DNA of 64,000 nt from an uncultured Methanomicrobiales archaeon (GTDB lineage Archaea > Halobacteriota > Methanomicrobia > Methanomicrobiales > Methanospirillaceae). The notes beneath the pieces are model-generated. The model did no database searches and had not been told where the DNA came from. It was given only the letters and a program-made list of their open reading frames with translations. How positions within the stretch are numbered: the stretch's first letter is position 1; the number at the start of each line of letters is the position of its first letter. The stretch covers positions 288,001 through 352,000 of the forward strand of contig CAVWXH010000016.1 of the NCBI GenBank assembly GCA_963758915.1, read 5' to 3'. A program made the translations under genes and the position numbers. Below, piece after piece: positions 52,789 to 63,909 of this stretch.

Positions 52789-53322
52789 TTAAAGCCACGC
52801 TTTTCTTGAGGCAAGCTCTATCGCCCGCTGGACTGATTCCTTTGGAATTATTGTTGCCACAGGGATGTGGACTAGCTGTTCAATGACACTGCTCACGATA
52901 GGGGCGCAGACGATAGCAATTGCACCTTCCCGTTCAGCCCTGACCGATGCGACAATTGCGTCCTCCATGGTATGCACAGGATATTCACGTATATTTATAC
53001 GGTGGCCTTCAACGTCAGCGATCCGTTCTATCACGATATCAAGTACCGGACGTGCTGCAATGAGGCCAATAAATTCTTCCTCGCTATGCCGGTAATACCG
53101 CCGTAATGCCCGGACTATCGCCCGCAATGTAGAAAGGTTCGGGGAGCGTTTGCCATGCAGTATTTTATAGAGGGAACTCTGGGCTATGCCACTTTCGAGC
53201 GATAACTCACGGATCGTAATTCTCAAATCCTTTCGGAGAATATCGTTAAGAGCGAGGACAAACTCTTCATCTGATAACAGGGCCGCCCGCATGAGCTTGT
53301 CTACAGGGTCCATCTGTACCAT
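52789..53322 (-). CDS. XRE-type HTH transcriptional regulator
   Basis: ITIRELSLESGIAQSSLYKIL.G.RSPNLSTL HTH plus a small C-terminal alpha/beta domain; divergent from the ABC operon. Confidence 0.85.
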   Translation of the reverse strand: MVQMDPVDKLMRAALLSDEEFVLALNDILRKDLRITIRELSLESGIAQSSLYKILHGKRSPNLSTLRAIVRALRRYYRHSEEEFIGLIAARPVLDIVIERIADVEGHRINIREYPVHTMEDAIVASVRAEREGAIAIVCAPIVSSVIEQLVHIPVATIIPKESVQRAIELASRKAWL

Positions 53323-53523
53323 AGTGGTGATACAATAAGGATAATTAATTATAATAATATTCGTTTTGTGCCAGAGATATCACTAATAAAATACCTTAAA
53401 ATGGACATTTATAATATTCATACTATCCAATAGTAAATCATAATACCAATTATAGGTACAATTGTATCTTTATTTTATCCTTAAAATGAATCTATAAATA
53501 TTGTCAGGTTGACATCTTATCAT

Positions 53524-54778
53524 ATGAAGAAGATTGCTTCCATCATTGTTGTCTGCATCGCTCTTACAATGGTACTTTTCATAGCAGGATGTATACAGCC
53601 AACAACCCCCCCTACCCCTGTTACCCCCCAGGTAACGACCCCTGCGGCTGCAGGGACGACAGAAGTTGATGTAATGTATGCAGGAGGTGTCGGCCCGATG
53701 CCGGTCCTGCTCTCAACAAACCAGATAGACGGCTATATCGCCTGGCAACCCTACGTGTCTGTTGCCACTGAATCAGGTATCGGACAACTTGTTACCTATA
53801 CGAAGGATTTCCCACCGGTGCCTGAATGGAACAACCACCCATGCTGTGTGCTAACAGCGAGGAATGACCTGGTGGCCAGTAATCCCGACTTTGTCAACGC
53901 GATGGCAGCCCAGACAATCCTTGCTGACCAGTGGATAACCGATCATCCGGACAAGGCAGCAGTTGACCTGTCTGAATGGCTTATTGGTAATGATACTATC
54001 AAGTTCGGAGACCAGTCTGTCCCGGCACTAAACGTGATGAAGAGTGCGATCCCCTCGGTAAAATATACGACAGAACCCACTCCTCAATGGATAAACGGAA
54101 CGAAAAATTTTGTTAATGCCCAAATTAGTCTCGGGTATATTACCGGGAGCCTGAAGAACACCAGTGCCGCAAATATGGATGCCACCCTGTTTGACTTCGG
54201 TCCCCACAGGGCTGCAACGAAGATGATTGCGGATAAGAAGATCGTCACTCCGCCGAAGGTTGCCAAACAAACCGGCATCGGCTACCTCAAAGGTGATATG
54301 CACGGCGGGTCGCTGATCATCGCGGTTAAGGAATGGCAATACTTTAACGATACCTATGGCATTGCGATCAAACCAAGGGATCTGACCGCATCAAGGCCTG
54401 AAATCTGCGATCTTATCGTCAACGGAGTCCCTGTAGCCGAACTGAAACTGGTTTCAGCTGATGCCGGTCCGCAACTCATGCAGATGGAAGCAACAGATAT
54501 CATTGGAATGGGCTATGCCGGTGTCCCTCCGGCAATCGGGTCAATTGACAAAGGTTCACCGATAAAGATACTCATGCCGATTAACACGGAAGGCTCAGGG
54601 CTTGTCATAACGAAGGGATCACCTGCCATCAGACTGGGACAGTTTCATTAAATATGCAGGAGAGCGCTCAGCAAGCGGCAAACCATTGAAGATTGCAGCT
54701 CCTGCAAAAGGATCAATCCAGGATGTAATGCTGCAATACTCCCTGAAATACAGTGGTGTCACAATAAAATTTGTCTGA
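53524..54778 (+). pseudogene. SsuA/NMT1-type ABC substrate-binding protein (circularly permuted), frameshifted near 54626
   Basis: Lipobox-like FIAGC; IDGYIAWQPY and HPCCVL. After removing one base the frame continues DWDSFIKY..LKIAAPAKGSIQDVML to TGA at 54776-54778. Confidence 0.85.
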
Positions 54779-54966
54779 TACCATTCTTTTTTTCGAGGGA
54801 TCCCGCATCATGAAACACCTCTTTCGATTGTCATACCTGGCATCTGATTTTCCCTATGATACGTAGTGTAGCCATGGTTCGGCGTACAACATGATGGTAA
54901 CGATATCCGGTCTTTACTGGATCACCATGAAAGAAGGTTCATCTGGCTTCAGGGAGAAATAACACC

Positions 54967-55776
54967 ATGCAAATGCCCCCCGATAAACCACAATGGTGGC
55001 ATCGGATCCTTTCAAAATCCCTCCTTTTAAAAATTGCACTTCCTGTCATCATCATTATCAGCTGGGAAGTGCTCTCGGTACTCATCGATAACCCTTTCAT
55101 ACTCCCTTCGATCGAATCGGTCCTGCTCGTGCTTTCCAAACCTTTTACTGATATCCTTGGAAGCGGAAGTCTCATCGGTAATGCAATGATAAGCCTTGGG
55201 AGAGTTTTAATAGGGTTTTTAGTTGCTGCTGTGCTCGCAATCCCCCTTGGTATAGGAATGGCCCGGAATGAAAAAGTCCATGATTTTTTTGATTCCACGG
55301 TACAGGTATTCCGGCCAATCCCCCCGCTTGCCTGGGTCCCGCTTGCCCTTGCATGGTTCAGGATCGGCCTTGTTTCAATGGTCTTTATCATTGCAATCGG
55401 TGCATTTTTCCCCATCCTGCTTAACACACTCGACGGTGTAAAAAGCATAAAGAAGACCTGGGTAGAAGCCGCTCACACGCTCGGTGCGAAAGAACGCCAG
55501 GTCCTGGTCAACGTCGTCCTCCCCGGTGCAGCACCCACGATATGGACCGGCCTCCGGGTCGGGTTCGGTATCGCATGGATGTGTGTCGTTGCTGCCGAGA
55601 TGATGCCCGGTACCAATTCAGGAATCGGGTATCTCATCATTACTTCCTACAACTGGGGGCAGGTGCAGGTAATCATTGCGGGTATTATCGTTATCGGGGT
55701 TATCGGGCTTGGAATTGATTATCTTTTCAAGGTCGTTGAGAGAAAGAAATTTATGTGGAGGGAGCTGGACCGATGA
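54967..55776 (+). CDS. ABC transporter permease (SsuC/NrtB type)
   Basis: SLGRV..G, RPIPPLAWVPL, EAA..LGA and W..VVAAEM. Confidence 0.94.
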   Translation: MQMPPDKPQWWHRILSKSLLLKIALPVIIIISWEVLSVLIDNPFILPSIESVLLVLSKPFTDILGSGSLIGNAMISLGRVLIGFLVAAVLAIPLGIGMARNEKVHDFFDSTVQVFRPIPPLAWVPLALAWFRIGLVSMVFIIAIGAFFPILLNTLDGVKSIKKTWVEAAHTLGAKERQVLVNVVLPGAAPTIWTGLRVGFGIAWMCVVAAEMMPGTNSGIGYLIITSYNWGQVQVIIAGIIVIGVIGLGIDYLFKVVERKKFMWRELDR

Positions 55777-56528
55777 CACTCATTGTTGAAAATGTCAGCA
55801 AAGAATTTGAACAGCGTGATGTCCGATCAGATGCACTCGTATCCATCAATCTCGACGTACAGGAGAAAGAATTCACCTGCGTCCTTGGGCCGTCAGGGTG
55901 TGGTAAGACAACGCTGCTCCGTATCATTGCCGGTCTTGAGAAAGCAACTACCGGGAAAGTCATGATAGGCGGAGAAATGGTCACCGGCCCTTCATCGCGT
56001 ATGGCGATGATTTTCCAGGACTACTCGCTGTTTCCCTGGCGCACGGTCATTGACAATATCGCGTTTGGTCTCGAGATAAAGGGTGTCGGTGAAGATGAAC
56101 GTCATGATGTGGCATCCCATTATCTCGACCTTATCGGTCTGACCGGGTTTGGAGAGAACTATCCCTACGAACTTTCCGGTGGTATGCGCCAGCGCGTTGC
56201 CGTGGCACGGGCACTTGCAATTGACCCTGCGGTCCTGCTGATGGATGAGCCATTCGGTGCACTTGACGCCCAGACCAGGAACATGCTCCAGAAGCAATTA
56301 CTTGAAATCTGGGAGAAAACCAAAAAAACAGTCCTTTTCGTGACGCACAGCGTGGATGAAGCAGTATTTATGGCAGACCGGATAGTCGTGCTTACCAGCA
56401 GGCCTGGAACGGTAAAAGAAGTCGTAAAAATTGATCTTCCACGACCTCGCGACCGGACGAGCCAGGACTTTGCCCAGGTCCGCCGTTATGTGCTTGGCCT
56501 GATCGATGAACAGCAGTCCACCCAGTAA
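55773..56528 (+). CDS. ABC transporter ATP-binding protein (SsuB/NrtD type)
   Basis: GPSGCGKTT, LSGGMRQR, LLMDEPFGALDAQTR and VTHSVDEA. Confidence 0.96.
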   Translation: MTLIVENVSKEFEQRDVRSDALVSINLDVQEKEFTCVLGPSGCGKTTLLRIIAGLEKATTGKVMIGGEMVTGPSSRMAMIFQDYSLFPWRTVIDNIAFGLEIKGVGEDERHDVASHYLDLIGLTGFGENYPYELSGGMRQRVAVARALAIDPAVLLMDEPFGALDAQTRNMLQKQLLEIWEKTKKTVLFVTHSVDEAVFMADRIVVLTSRPGTVKEVVKIDLPRPRDRTSQDFAQVRRYVLGLIDEQQSTQ

Positions 56529-56588
56529 GATTTAATAGCAAATATCTCCTTTTTATAAAGAACGAATAGATCGAAGGAGTTCTGAGCC

Positions 56589-57116
56589 ATGGTAAGAAAA
56601 CCGGGAAAGATGTATAGGAATATTTCAAAGAAGGCATATACCCGCCGAAAATATATGGGCGGTGTGCCGGGAAGTAAAATCGTCCAGTTCGAAATGGGAA
56701 ATCTTTCATCTGAGTTTCCACTCGAGGCCCACCTTGTTGTAACCGAGAGCTGCCAGATCAGGCATACAGCACTTGAAGCAGCCCGTATTGCAATAAACAG
56801 GCGCCTGATGAAAGAAGTCGGAAGAATGAACTTCCACTTTAAAATCCGTGTATACCCACACCATGTGCTCCGCGAAAACAAGCAGGCAACCGGAGCAGGT
56901 GCGGACAGGGTATCAGAAGGGATGAGGCTTTCCTTTGGAAAACCTGTAGGGACTGCTGCGCGCGTAGAATCGAAGCAGAAAATCTTCACGGTGTATACGA
57001 CCCCCCAGTACACGGAAAAGGTGAAGGATGCACTCCGGCACGGAGGTCACAAGCTCCCGTCCCCTTCGTACATCATTATCGACCAGGAACTGGTCATCAG
57101 TGAACCCTCAGTATAA
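56589..57116 (+). CDS. rpl10e: 50S ribosomal protein uL16 (L10e)
   Basis: [20 protein letters not shown] and [25 protein letters not shown]. Confidence 0.97.
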   Translation: MVRKPGKMYRNISKKAYTRRKYMGGVPGSKIVQFEMGNLSSEFPLEAHLVVTESCQIRHTALEAARIAINRRLMKEVGRMNFHFKIRVYPHHVLRENKQATGAGADRVSEGMRLSFGKPVGTAARVESKQKIFTVYTTPQYTEKVKDALRHGGHKLPSPSYIIIDQELVISEPSV

Positions 57117-57714
57117 TTAACACTTTTTTAACCGATTTTAGGGATTATTATTTACAACGGTGGCGTTTGTTTATTCAATAATCCCGGTGTTATAACTGAA
57201 TCATCTTTTCGGATTTCAAAACATCCCGGACTCAGTAGCTGAATATTATTGCAGCATGTGCCGGAAACAAACTGAACAATAACTAATCCCGGTAGTTTAC
57301 ACTTTTCTGTTCGTTGCGGAATTTTGAAAGCACAGGAACAATTCGAATGATGAAATTGTTCCGGCAAATGTTGAAACTAATCTGAATGGGAAGTTAACAC
57401 CCGGACAATGAAAACAGGTATGATGCCAAAAGGCCACACGCATACAAAATGAAATTACCAGTGGGGATTTTCATTGGAAACGCCCCGTTCAAATTTTTTT
57501 ATATCGGTGTCAGTTCAGGCATTTTCTACACTTAAAGTATTCAAATCCGGATGATCAAGCAACTGTGATTCTGAAAGAAGGTCTCTTTATTGGGGTAACG
57601 TAACAATTAGAACCATGAATGTTCCGGAATTCATAAACTAGTTATTTAAGGATAACAAATATGCCATATATAATTCTGGTATATGTGGAGACAGAAACAA
57701 AAAAGGGATTTTCT

Positions 57715-59463
57715 ATGATATCTGTTTTGCTCGTGGATGATGATCCTGCCCTGTTGGAAATTACCCGTATCTATCTTACGAAGAACAAGGAGATGGTGAT
57801 AGATACGGCACAGTCAGCGGGAGAAGCGCAGGAAAAATTGAAGAAAAAAACATATGATGTAATTGTTTCGGATTATGATATGCCCGTGATGACGGGTATT
57901 GAATTCTTAACATCACTCAGGTCATCAGGGGATCTCACACCCTTCATCATCTTCACCGGAAAGGGGCAGGAGCAGGTGGCGATGGAAGCGATCAATAATG
58001 GTGCCGATTTCTACCTTATACGTGCAGGAGACCCGAAAAATGAGTTTATTGCTCTTACCCACAAGATGCGGAAGGCAGTCGAGCAGCGGCAGGCAGATAT
58101 TGCGATCAGGGAATCAGAGGAACGACTACGGAAACTTCTCCATTCTCTCCCGTCCGGTGTCCTGGTAATCGATGCAGAGACTCATATCGTATTGCAGGCA
58201 AACCCGGCAGCCCTCCTCATGATGGGGGCAAAAGAACAGGATATTACGGGAAGTCCTGCTTCGGTCTTGTCTGTCCAACATGAAGAAGGCCAATGCCCTA
58301 TCACTGATCTCGGGCAGAAATTCGAAAGTATTGAACGACTGCTCTTACGAAATGATGGCACAGGTATACCAGTTATAAAGAGCGTTGCCCGGATCAAACT
58401 CGGAAAACGACCGGTTCTTGTAGAGAGTTTCATTGACCTCTCCGAACAGAAAAAGGTAGAGCGGGAACTCCACGAGAGCAAGGAGAAATACCGGACACTG
58501 GTTGAAGAGATCCATGACATGATCTGGCTGACCGATGCGAAAGGCCGGTTTAAGTATGTGAGTCCCCGGAGTTTTACCCTGCTTGGCTATCACCCGGAAG
58601 AAATGATTGGCCACATGCCCTCTGAATTTGTCTCGTTCGAGGATGCAAACCATATACGGGATATTTTTGCAAAAAATTTTAAGGAGCATAAAGAACTTCA
58701 CCTGATCGAGACCCACACCCGTAGGAAGGATGGCAGGATGGTGGTCCTTGAATCTAGTGCCATTCCCTATTATTCTAAAAACGGAACCCTTATCGGGTAC
58801 CGCTGTGTCAGCCGTGATATAACTGAAATCAAAAAAGGTGAGGAGGTACAGGCCCTGCTGGCTGCGATTGTGACTTCTTCTGACGATGCAGTAATCAGCG
58901 AGGACCTGAACCACATGATCACCACCTGGAACCTGGGAGCCGAACGTATATTTGGATATTCCAGGGATGAAATGACAGGCACGCTTTCTCACAAAATAGT
59001 CCCGGACGAGGAGATGGGGGCCCTTCACGATATTATCCACCAGGTCGTCAAGGGGGAACATGTTGAGCATTTTAACACATTCCGGATAAAAAAAGACATG
59101 GAACGTGTTGAAATCTCACTCTCACTCTCTCCAATCCTGGACCATCGTGGCAATATCGTCGGGATTGCCACGATTGCAAGGGACCTGACAAAACAACGTG
59201 AGACCGAGAAAGCCCTCCTTTCATATATCACCGAGACTGCCATGCGGTTAAAGAACCCTGTTGAATTGATCGGGGACCGCCTTGCAGATATCAGGGAGCA
59301 GATCCAGGCGGGTGATGTGACGCCTGAAGAACTCCTCCTCCAGCTCCAGATACAGATCAAGAATACGGAGCAGATTGTCTCAAACCTGCGTGAACTGAAC
59401 ATGGCAATCTCCACGGGTTTTACAACCATACCTGAAGCATACCAGAAATACCTGAAACGATAG
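57715..59463 (+). CDS. REC-PAS-PAS-PAS signalling protein with a His-less DHp-like tail
   Basis: VLLVDDD, SDYDMP and FIIFTGKG receiver motifs; three PAS/PAC repeats; C-terminal AMRLKNPV helices; no HATPase boxes. Confidence 0.9.
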   Translation: MISVLLVDDDPALLEITRIYLTKNKEMVIDTAQSAGEAQEKLKKKTYDVIVSDYDMPVMTGIEFLTSLRSSGDLTPFIIFTGKGQEQVAMEAINNGADFYLIRAGDPKNEFIALTHKMRKAVEQRQADIAIRESEERLRKLLHSLPSGVLVIDAETHIVLQANPAALLMMGAKEQDITGSPASVLSVQHEEGQCPITDLGQKFESIERLLLRNDGTGIPVIKSVARIKLGKRPVLVESFIDLSEQKKVERELHESKEKYRTLVEEIHDMIWLTDAKGRFKYVSPRSFTLLGYHPEEMIGHMPSEFVSFEDANHIRDIFAKNFKEHKELHLIETHTRRKDGRMVVLESSAIPYYSKNGTLIGYRCVSRDITEIKKGEEVQALLAAIVTSSDDAVISEDLNHMITTWNLGAERIFGYSRDEMTGTLSHKIVPDEEMGALHDIIHQVVKGEHVEHFNTFRIKKDMERVEISLSLSPILDHRGNIVGIATIARDLTKQRETEKALLSYITETAMRLKNPVELIGDRLADIREQIQAGDVTPEELLLQLQIQIKNTEQIVSNLRELNMAISTGFTTIPEAYQKYLKR

Positions 59464-59470
59464 TGCAATC

Positions 59471-60031
59471 ATGGGATTTTCTGCCGACACATTGAACGAG
59501 AACCGGATCGTACTGCTCCTTGCGGACTCACGCAGGCTGAAGCAGACGAATACCGCGGTTATCAGGGAGCTGACGAGCAACGGCTATAGCGTAATGCTGG
59601 TCTCTGTCACGCTCCCGAACATCGTTATCCGGCGGACATACGAAGCGGCAGGAATTGACATGTCGAAAGTGTTTGTTATCGACGCGGTGACGAAATACTC
59701 GGGTGGCCCGACAGTACAGGACGATCTTCACTGCCGATATATCTCTAACCCGGGAAATCTCACCGATATCGGGATTGTTATCACCGAGGGTCTCAAAACC
59801 CTGCCGGGTGATAAGAAGTGCCTCTTCCTTGATGATATTTCAACGATGCTCCTCTATTCCCCATCGGTCACCATATCAAAGTTTATCCATTTTATCACGA
59901 ACAAGCTCCGGTTATTCGATGTAGCCGGTGTGTTCCTCGCTGTCGAGAAAGGACTTGACCCGGCCCTGCTCACTCAGATCTCGACATTTTCGGACCTGGT
60001 GGAGTCAGTGGAAGAGGGAGAGGGGACGTGA
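59471..60031 (+). CDS. Small degenerate RecA/KaiC-like alpha/beta protein
   Basis: Starts 8 nt after the PAS gene; FVIDAV and CLFLDDISTML (Walker-B-like); no Walker A. Confidence 0.75.
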   Translation: MGFSADTLNENRIVLLLADSRRLKQTNTAVIRELTSNGYSVMLVSVTLPNIVIRRTYEAAGIDMSKVFVIDAVTKYSGGPTVQDDLHCRYISNPGNLTDIGIVITEGLKTLPGDKKCLFLDDISTMLLYSPSVTISKFIHFITNKLRLFDVAGVFLAVEKGLDPALLTQISTFSDLVESVEEGEGT

Positions 60032-60186
60032 AATTTTTTCAGGAATGCTGGAAGTCCTGCAGAAAACCTGGAAAATACTTCGGGTAAGCCTATTGCTAGT
60101 TCATGGTAAATGTAATCCACAGATACTTTCATCAATTTTCCAGAGTCGTTCTCATTGGACTCGGCCACTAATAAAAAAATCTCATT

Positions 60187-61405
60187 TCAGTTCAATTGAG
60201 CATACAAACTATGATCTGCGATTACATTGATGAAGGTAAAAGTATACGGGGAATCGGGTGATGTTACAACAATGACCCCATCAACCATGATATAATCAAT
60301 TCCTTTGTTTTTAGTCGCTGTGATAGTGAATGATTGATTTGTTCCATACGGGACACTCAAAGGTCCCAATGGGGATATATTTCCCTGTCCCGGTGGATGC
60401 CATGACACAGTAATTGTGTGGGGCAGGCTTGCTTCAAAAGTCGCAGTAATCGTGTGATTTGCTACCACATTCAGGAATGTATAACCCGTAACCGCTCCAA
60501 CTGAACTCCCATCCACTGTCACATCGCTTATATGATACCCGGAATTAGGATTAATAATAAATGCCTGGTTGGCCCCCTGATTAACAGTTATCTACACCAG
60601 AGGGAGAAATTGACCCTCCTGTAGATGCAGTAGCAATAATATTATAGGTGTTTACTGCAAATGTCGCAATAATTGTATGATTAGAAACCACGTTTGTGAA
60701 AGTGTAACTTGGGACAGCCCCAAGTGATCCGCCATCAACTTGTACATCAACAATATGATATCCAGAGTTTGCTACAATAGTAAATATCTGACTTCCTCCA
60801 TTGGGAACACTCACTAATCCCGATGGAGAAATTATTCCTCCTGAAGTCGCTGATGCTTGAATAATATGAGGTGAAATTGGCGTAGTAGGTATTGTTGTTG
60901 TCACATTTGTAGTTGGAATAGTAGTCGTAACGGTAGTTGTTACCGTAGTGGTGGGGGTTGTCGTTGGTATTGTTGGGAAAACTGTATGCGTTGGCACAAC
61001 GTATGGCAGGTTAGAACTGAAATCTGCCAGCACCCGCTCCCCGGCAGAGCCGTTATAAACAATCTTCACATCCGGGAGCGGTGTTGCAGGGTCATAGGAA
61101 TAAAATGTGAGAGTCTCGTCAATTGACCAATCCTGGGATGAGGCATTGGAACTTACATAATCGGTTGGGTTACCATTTACAAGAATTATAAAACTTGAGC
61201 GGGGCATTGATTCGCCCCCGTCATGATGGAGGGTAAGGCTGGTGCTTGTATTTGCAAGACTTGCCCTGAATTCAGGAATTTTTTCAGGAACGGAATGATT
61301 CAGGAGATAGACGCCTGCTATCGCAACACCGAGGCCGATAATTGCGATCAGCATTAGCGAGCCGATTATTTCGGCCACTCCGGATTCCTCTAAATTATGA
61401 GTCAT
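60187..61405 (-). pseudogene. Type IV pilin-like protein with a Thr-rich linker and three beta-sandwich repeats, frameshifted near 60592
   Basis: Class III signal (ESG|VAEIIG), H.GGE motif, and repeats of GG.ISPSG.V.V..G.Q.F.I..GYHI.DV.VDG..YTF.NV..NHTI.A.F that continue across the shift. Confidence 0.82.
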
Positions 61406-61437
61406 TTGTAGTTTTCTCTTAATGTTGAATTAATTCA

Positions 61438-62528
61438 TCACGGCAAGTTCGTCACGGTGATCTGTTGTGCATAGCCAACAAAATTTACGCCCAACTTTCC
61501 ATTGCTATTTTCCTCCACAACGAATAATCCCACACCAACAGGTCTTATACCTGAAATATAAATATTTTGAGCATTATTTACGTCATTAATATGTGTTGTC
61601 CCGTTAATCACAAGAAGTGTGTAGTAGCTAGGATTTTTATTGCCTTCGGAATTAATGTTTAATGTTGAACCAAGATCCTCGTAACCCGTAATCCATGCGT
61701 TTTGGAGAGCAACTGGATTATTTGGGATAGGATTATTGTTTATTAAAATATCGACTGAGTCCCCCCCTATAAAATAGAATTTGTCTCCAAGTCCAAATGC
61801 TTTGAAATTTTGTGAGTTTGGTGAATTAAGAGTTATTTTTACTATATCTCCTTTGTATAAAGGAGTAAGATCCGGATTCCCTCCTCCCCCTTGTGTTGTG
61901 CTCAATGTAGAACTCGTATTGGTCACTTTGAAATATAGGTAACCCCCGTTTACTATTTGGGTACCTCCATCAGTCCTTAAAAACGCACTCGAATTACTCA
62001 TCACAATCTGTGTATATGCATCCCCAATTTCAGTCTGACTGCAATTGCTGAAATATTACATGCAGGACAGATCGGAATTGGCGGAACGTAAACGTCAGGT
62101 ACGAAATTTTGAACTGGTTGTATCCGTTCCTGGTCAAGGAGGACCTCTCCCGATCCTGTGACATAAAATATCTGTACATTTGGGTTACTTGAAGAAGTAC
62201 TAAATTCAATAGTTTTTCCCACGTCCCAGACGTTAGTACCAACTGGGGCTATGTCTTTATAGAGGGTATTATCAATTTTTACGTAAAATTCTCCCTTGTA
62301 AAGGGATTCGCCCCCATCATGGTAAATAGTAACTTTACTGCCATTAACTTGCGAAAGAAAACGTACATTTGGAATTTTCTGTGGAAGTGGTTGGCTGAAA
62401 AGGCCAGCTGCAATGATCGCGACTGCAAGCACCACAACAGAAATAAGGAGAATACCCCCGATTACTTCAGAAACAGCGGATGAATTGTCCCTAATTTTTT
62501 TTTCCGGATCTATGTTTCTGATCGTCAT
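61438..62528 (-). pseudogene. Type IV pilin-like protein with a C-terminal extension, frameshifted near 62050
   Basis: SSA|VSEVIGGILL, YHDGGE and WDVG. The frame continues NCSQTEIGDAY..MSNSSAF into the 61438-62004 ORF. Confidence 0.78.
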
Positions 62529-62538
62529 TGGACCCCCG

Positions 62539-63441
62539 TCAGACCGATGCAATTGTGTTCAGGCTTGTGTAAAAATCGGCACGATTCATCTCTAAATTCA
62601 AACTAGGCCCATATAAGGTGATATTTGCCATATTCTGGTTTACTATTAGGTTATTATAGTTTTTGATATTTTCCCTTTTAACGATGTCGCCAAATAGGTT
62701 TCTCCACATAATTGCTGTCTGGGAATCTTTTACTTTGACAGAAATTGTAATTTGCGAGTTGGGATTATTAGGGATATAAGGCAGTTGTTCCTGCAGACGG
62801 AAATTCAATCGTGCCTTTCCTTCTCCTGAGATAGTACCTCCCCCATTTAACTGGACCGGCACTATCACTATATTGGTAATGTTGGTGTTACTCCCATCGT
62901 TTTTACTGACATTATATATTGAGATAAGCGGGGAAACAACGTTTGTGACCCCGGTAATCCCGTTAATATCCTGCGAGAGGAAGATACCCCCCATCTGGTA
63001 GTAATACTGCTGCTGAATCCAGTAATTATTATTGGACTGGTAAACAAGTGAGCTCATCGGGATTGTAAATGTCTGGTTATTACTGGTCGTCACAGTAATC
63101 GTATCCAGGGTGTTATTAATCGCGAGCGACCCCGCTGAACCGATAGGCTGCATCATCGGTAAAAACAGGCCACTTGTCTGGGTATTTCCTCCCTTGCTCC
63201 CTAGAGTGAGTGTTGTAGAGTCGGTCACTCCTATCTCATTGTTCATCCAGAGAGAATCGACTGCAATTTTATAATCTAAGAACCAGTCACCAACATAATC
63301 CATATGCGAAATTTCGAGCTCTCTCCCCTCTGCAGGAAGAACATATGTCATCCAGAGAGAAATTGCCACAATAATCAGTGCCAGTATTAAAACAAAACCA
63401 ATTACTTCTGAAAGTCCGTTATCATTTACCTTATGAGTCAT
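62539..63441 (-). CDS. Pilin-like protein with a class III signal peptide
   Basis: DNG|LSEVIGFVLIL..YVLP..G...EI.H and NNYWIQQ.YYYQMGGIFL. Confidence 0.8.
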   Translation of the reverse strand: MTHKVNDNGLSEVIGFVLILALIIVAISLWMTYVLPAEGRELEISHMDYVGDWFLDYKIAVDSLWMNNEIGVTDSTTLTLGSKGGNTQTSGLFLPMMQPIGSAGSLAINNTLDTITVTTSNNQTFTIPMSSLVYQSNNNYWIQQQYYYQMGGIFLSQDINGITGVTNVVSPLISIYNVSKNDGSNTNITNIVIVPVQLNGGGTISGEGKARLNFRLQEQLPYIPNNPNSQITISVKVKDSQTAIMWRNLFGDIVKRENIKNYNNLIVNQNMANITLYGPSLNLEMNRADFYTSLNTIASV

Positions 63442-63909
63442 AATACGGGAAACCTATCTAATATTTTTTCTGGCTGTTTTAATCAATTCTCTCTTTTATT
63501 TCAATCTATATGCCCTTTTCGGCCTCTTGATCTCAAATCTTGCACCTACTACTGTATTAAAATTCGGATGGTATCAACGATTTGCTTGTAAAACAGATAC
63601 TAAAATGTATTATGTGATTTTCGCAAAGTATCGGAACTTGATCTAATAACCCCGGTGATTTTCATACCTAATTAGTTCACAAATAATGTCCCGTCCAGCG
63701 CAATGATAACTTCATATCAGGCACAATAATGCACCACACGAATATACCTCAATTCCTGTTCCTAGCCTAAAAACAGCACGACATAGCCAATCGGGGGATA
63801 ATTCAGTCCCTTAATATCCACAATAGGGGATCATATAAGGATAATCCGTAATTATGCCTATGGGACCATGTTGTGGGTGTGAATATTCCGATAAATCGGT
63901 TGAATTTCA

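Noticed and set aside
130-62595. Numerous short antisense and alternate-frame ORFs in the supplied track
   Set aside because: They are shadows of well-supported genes and have no recognisable motifs.
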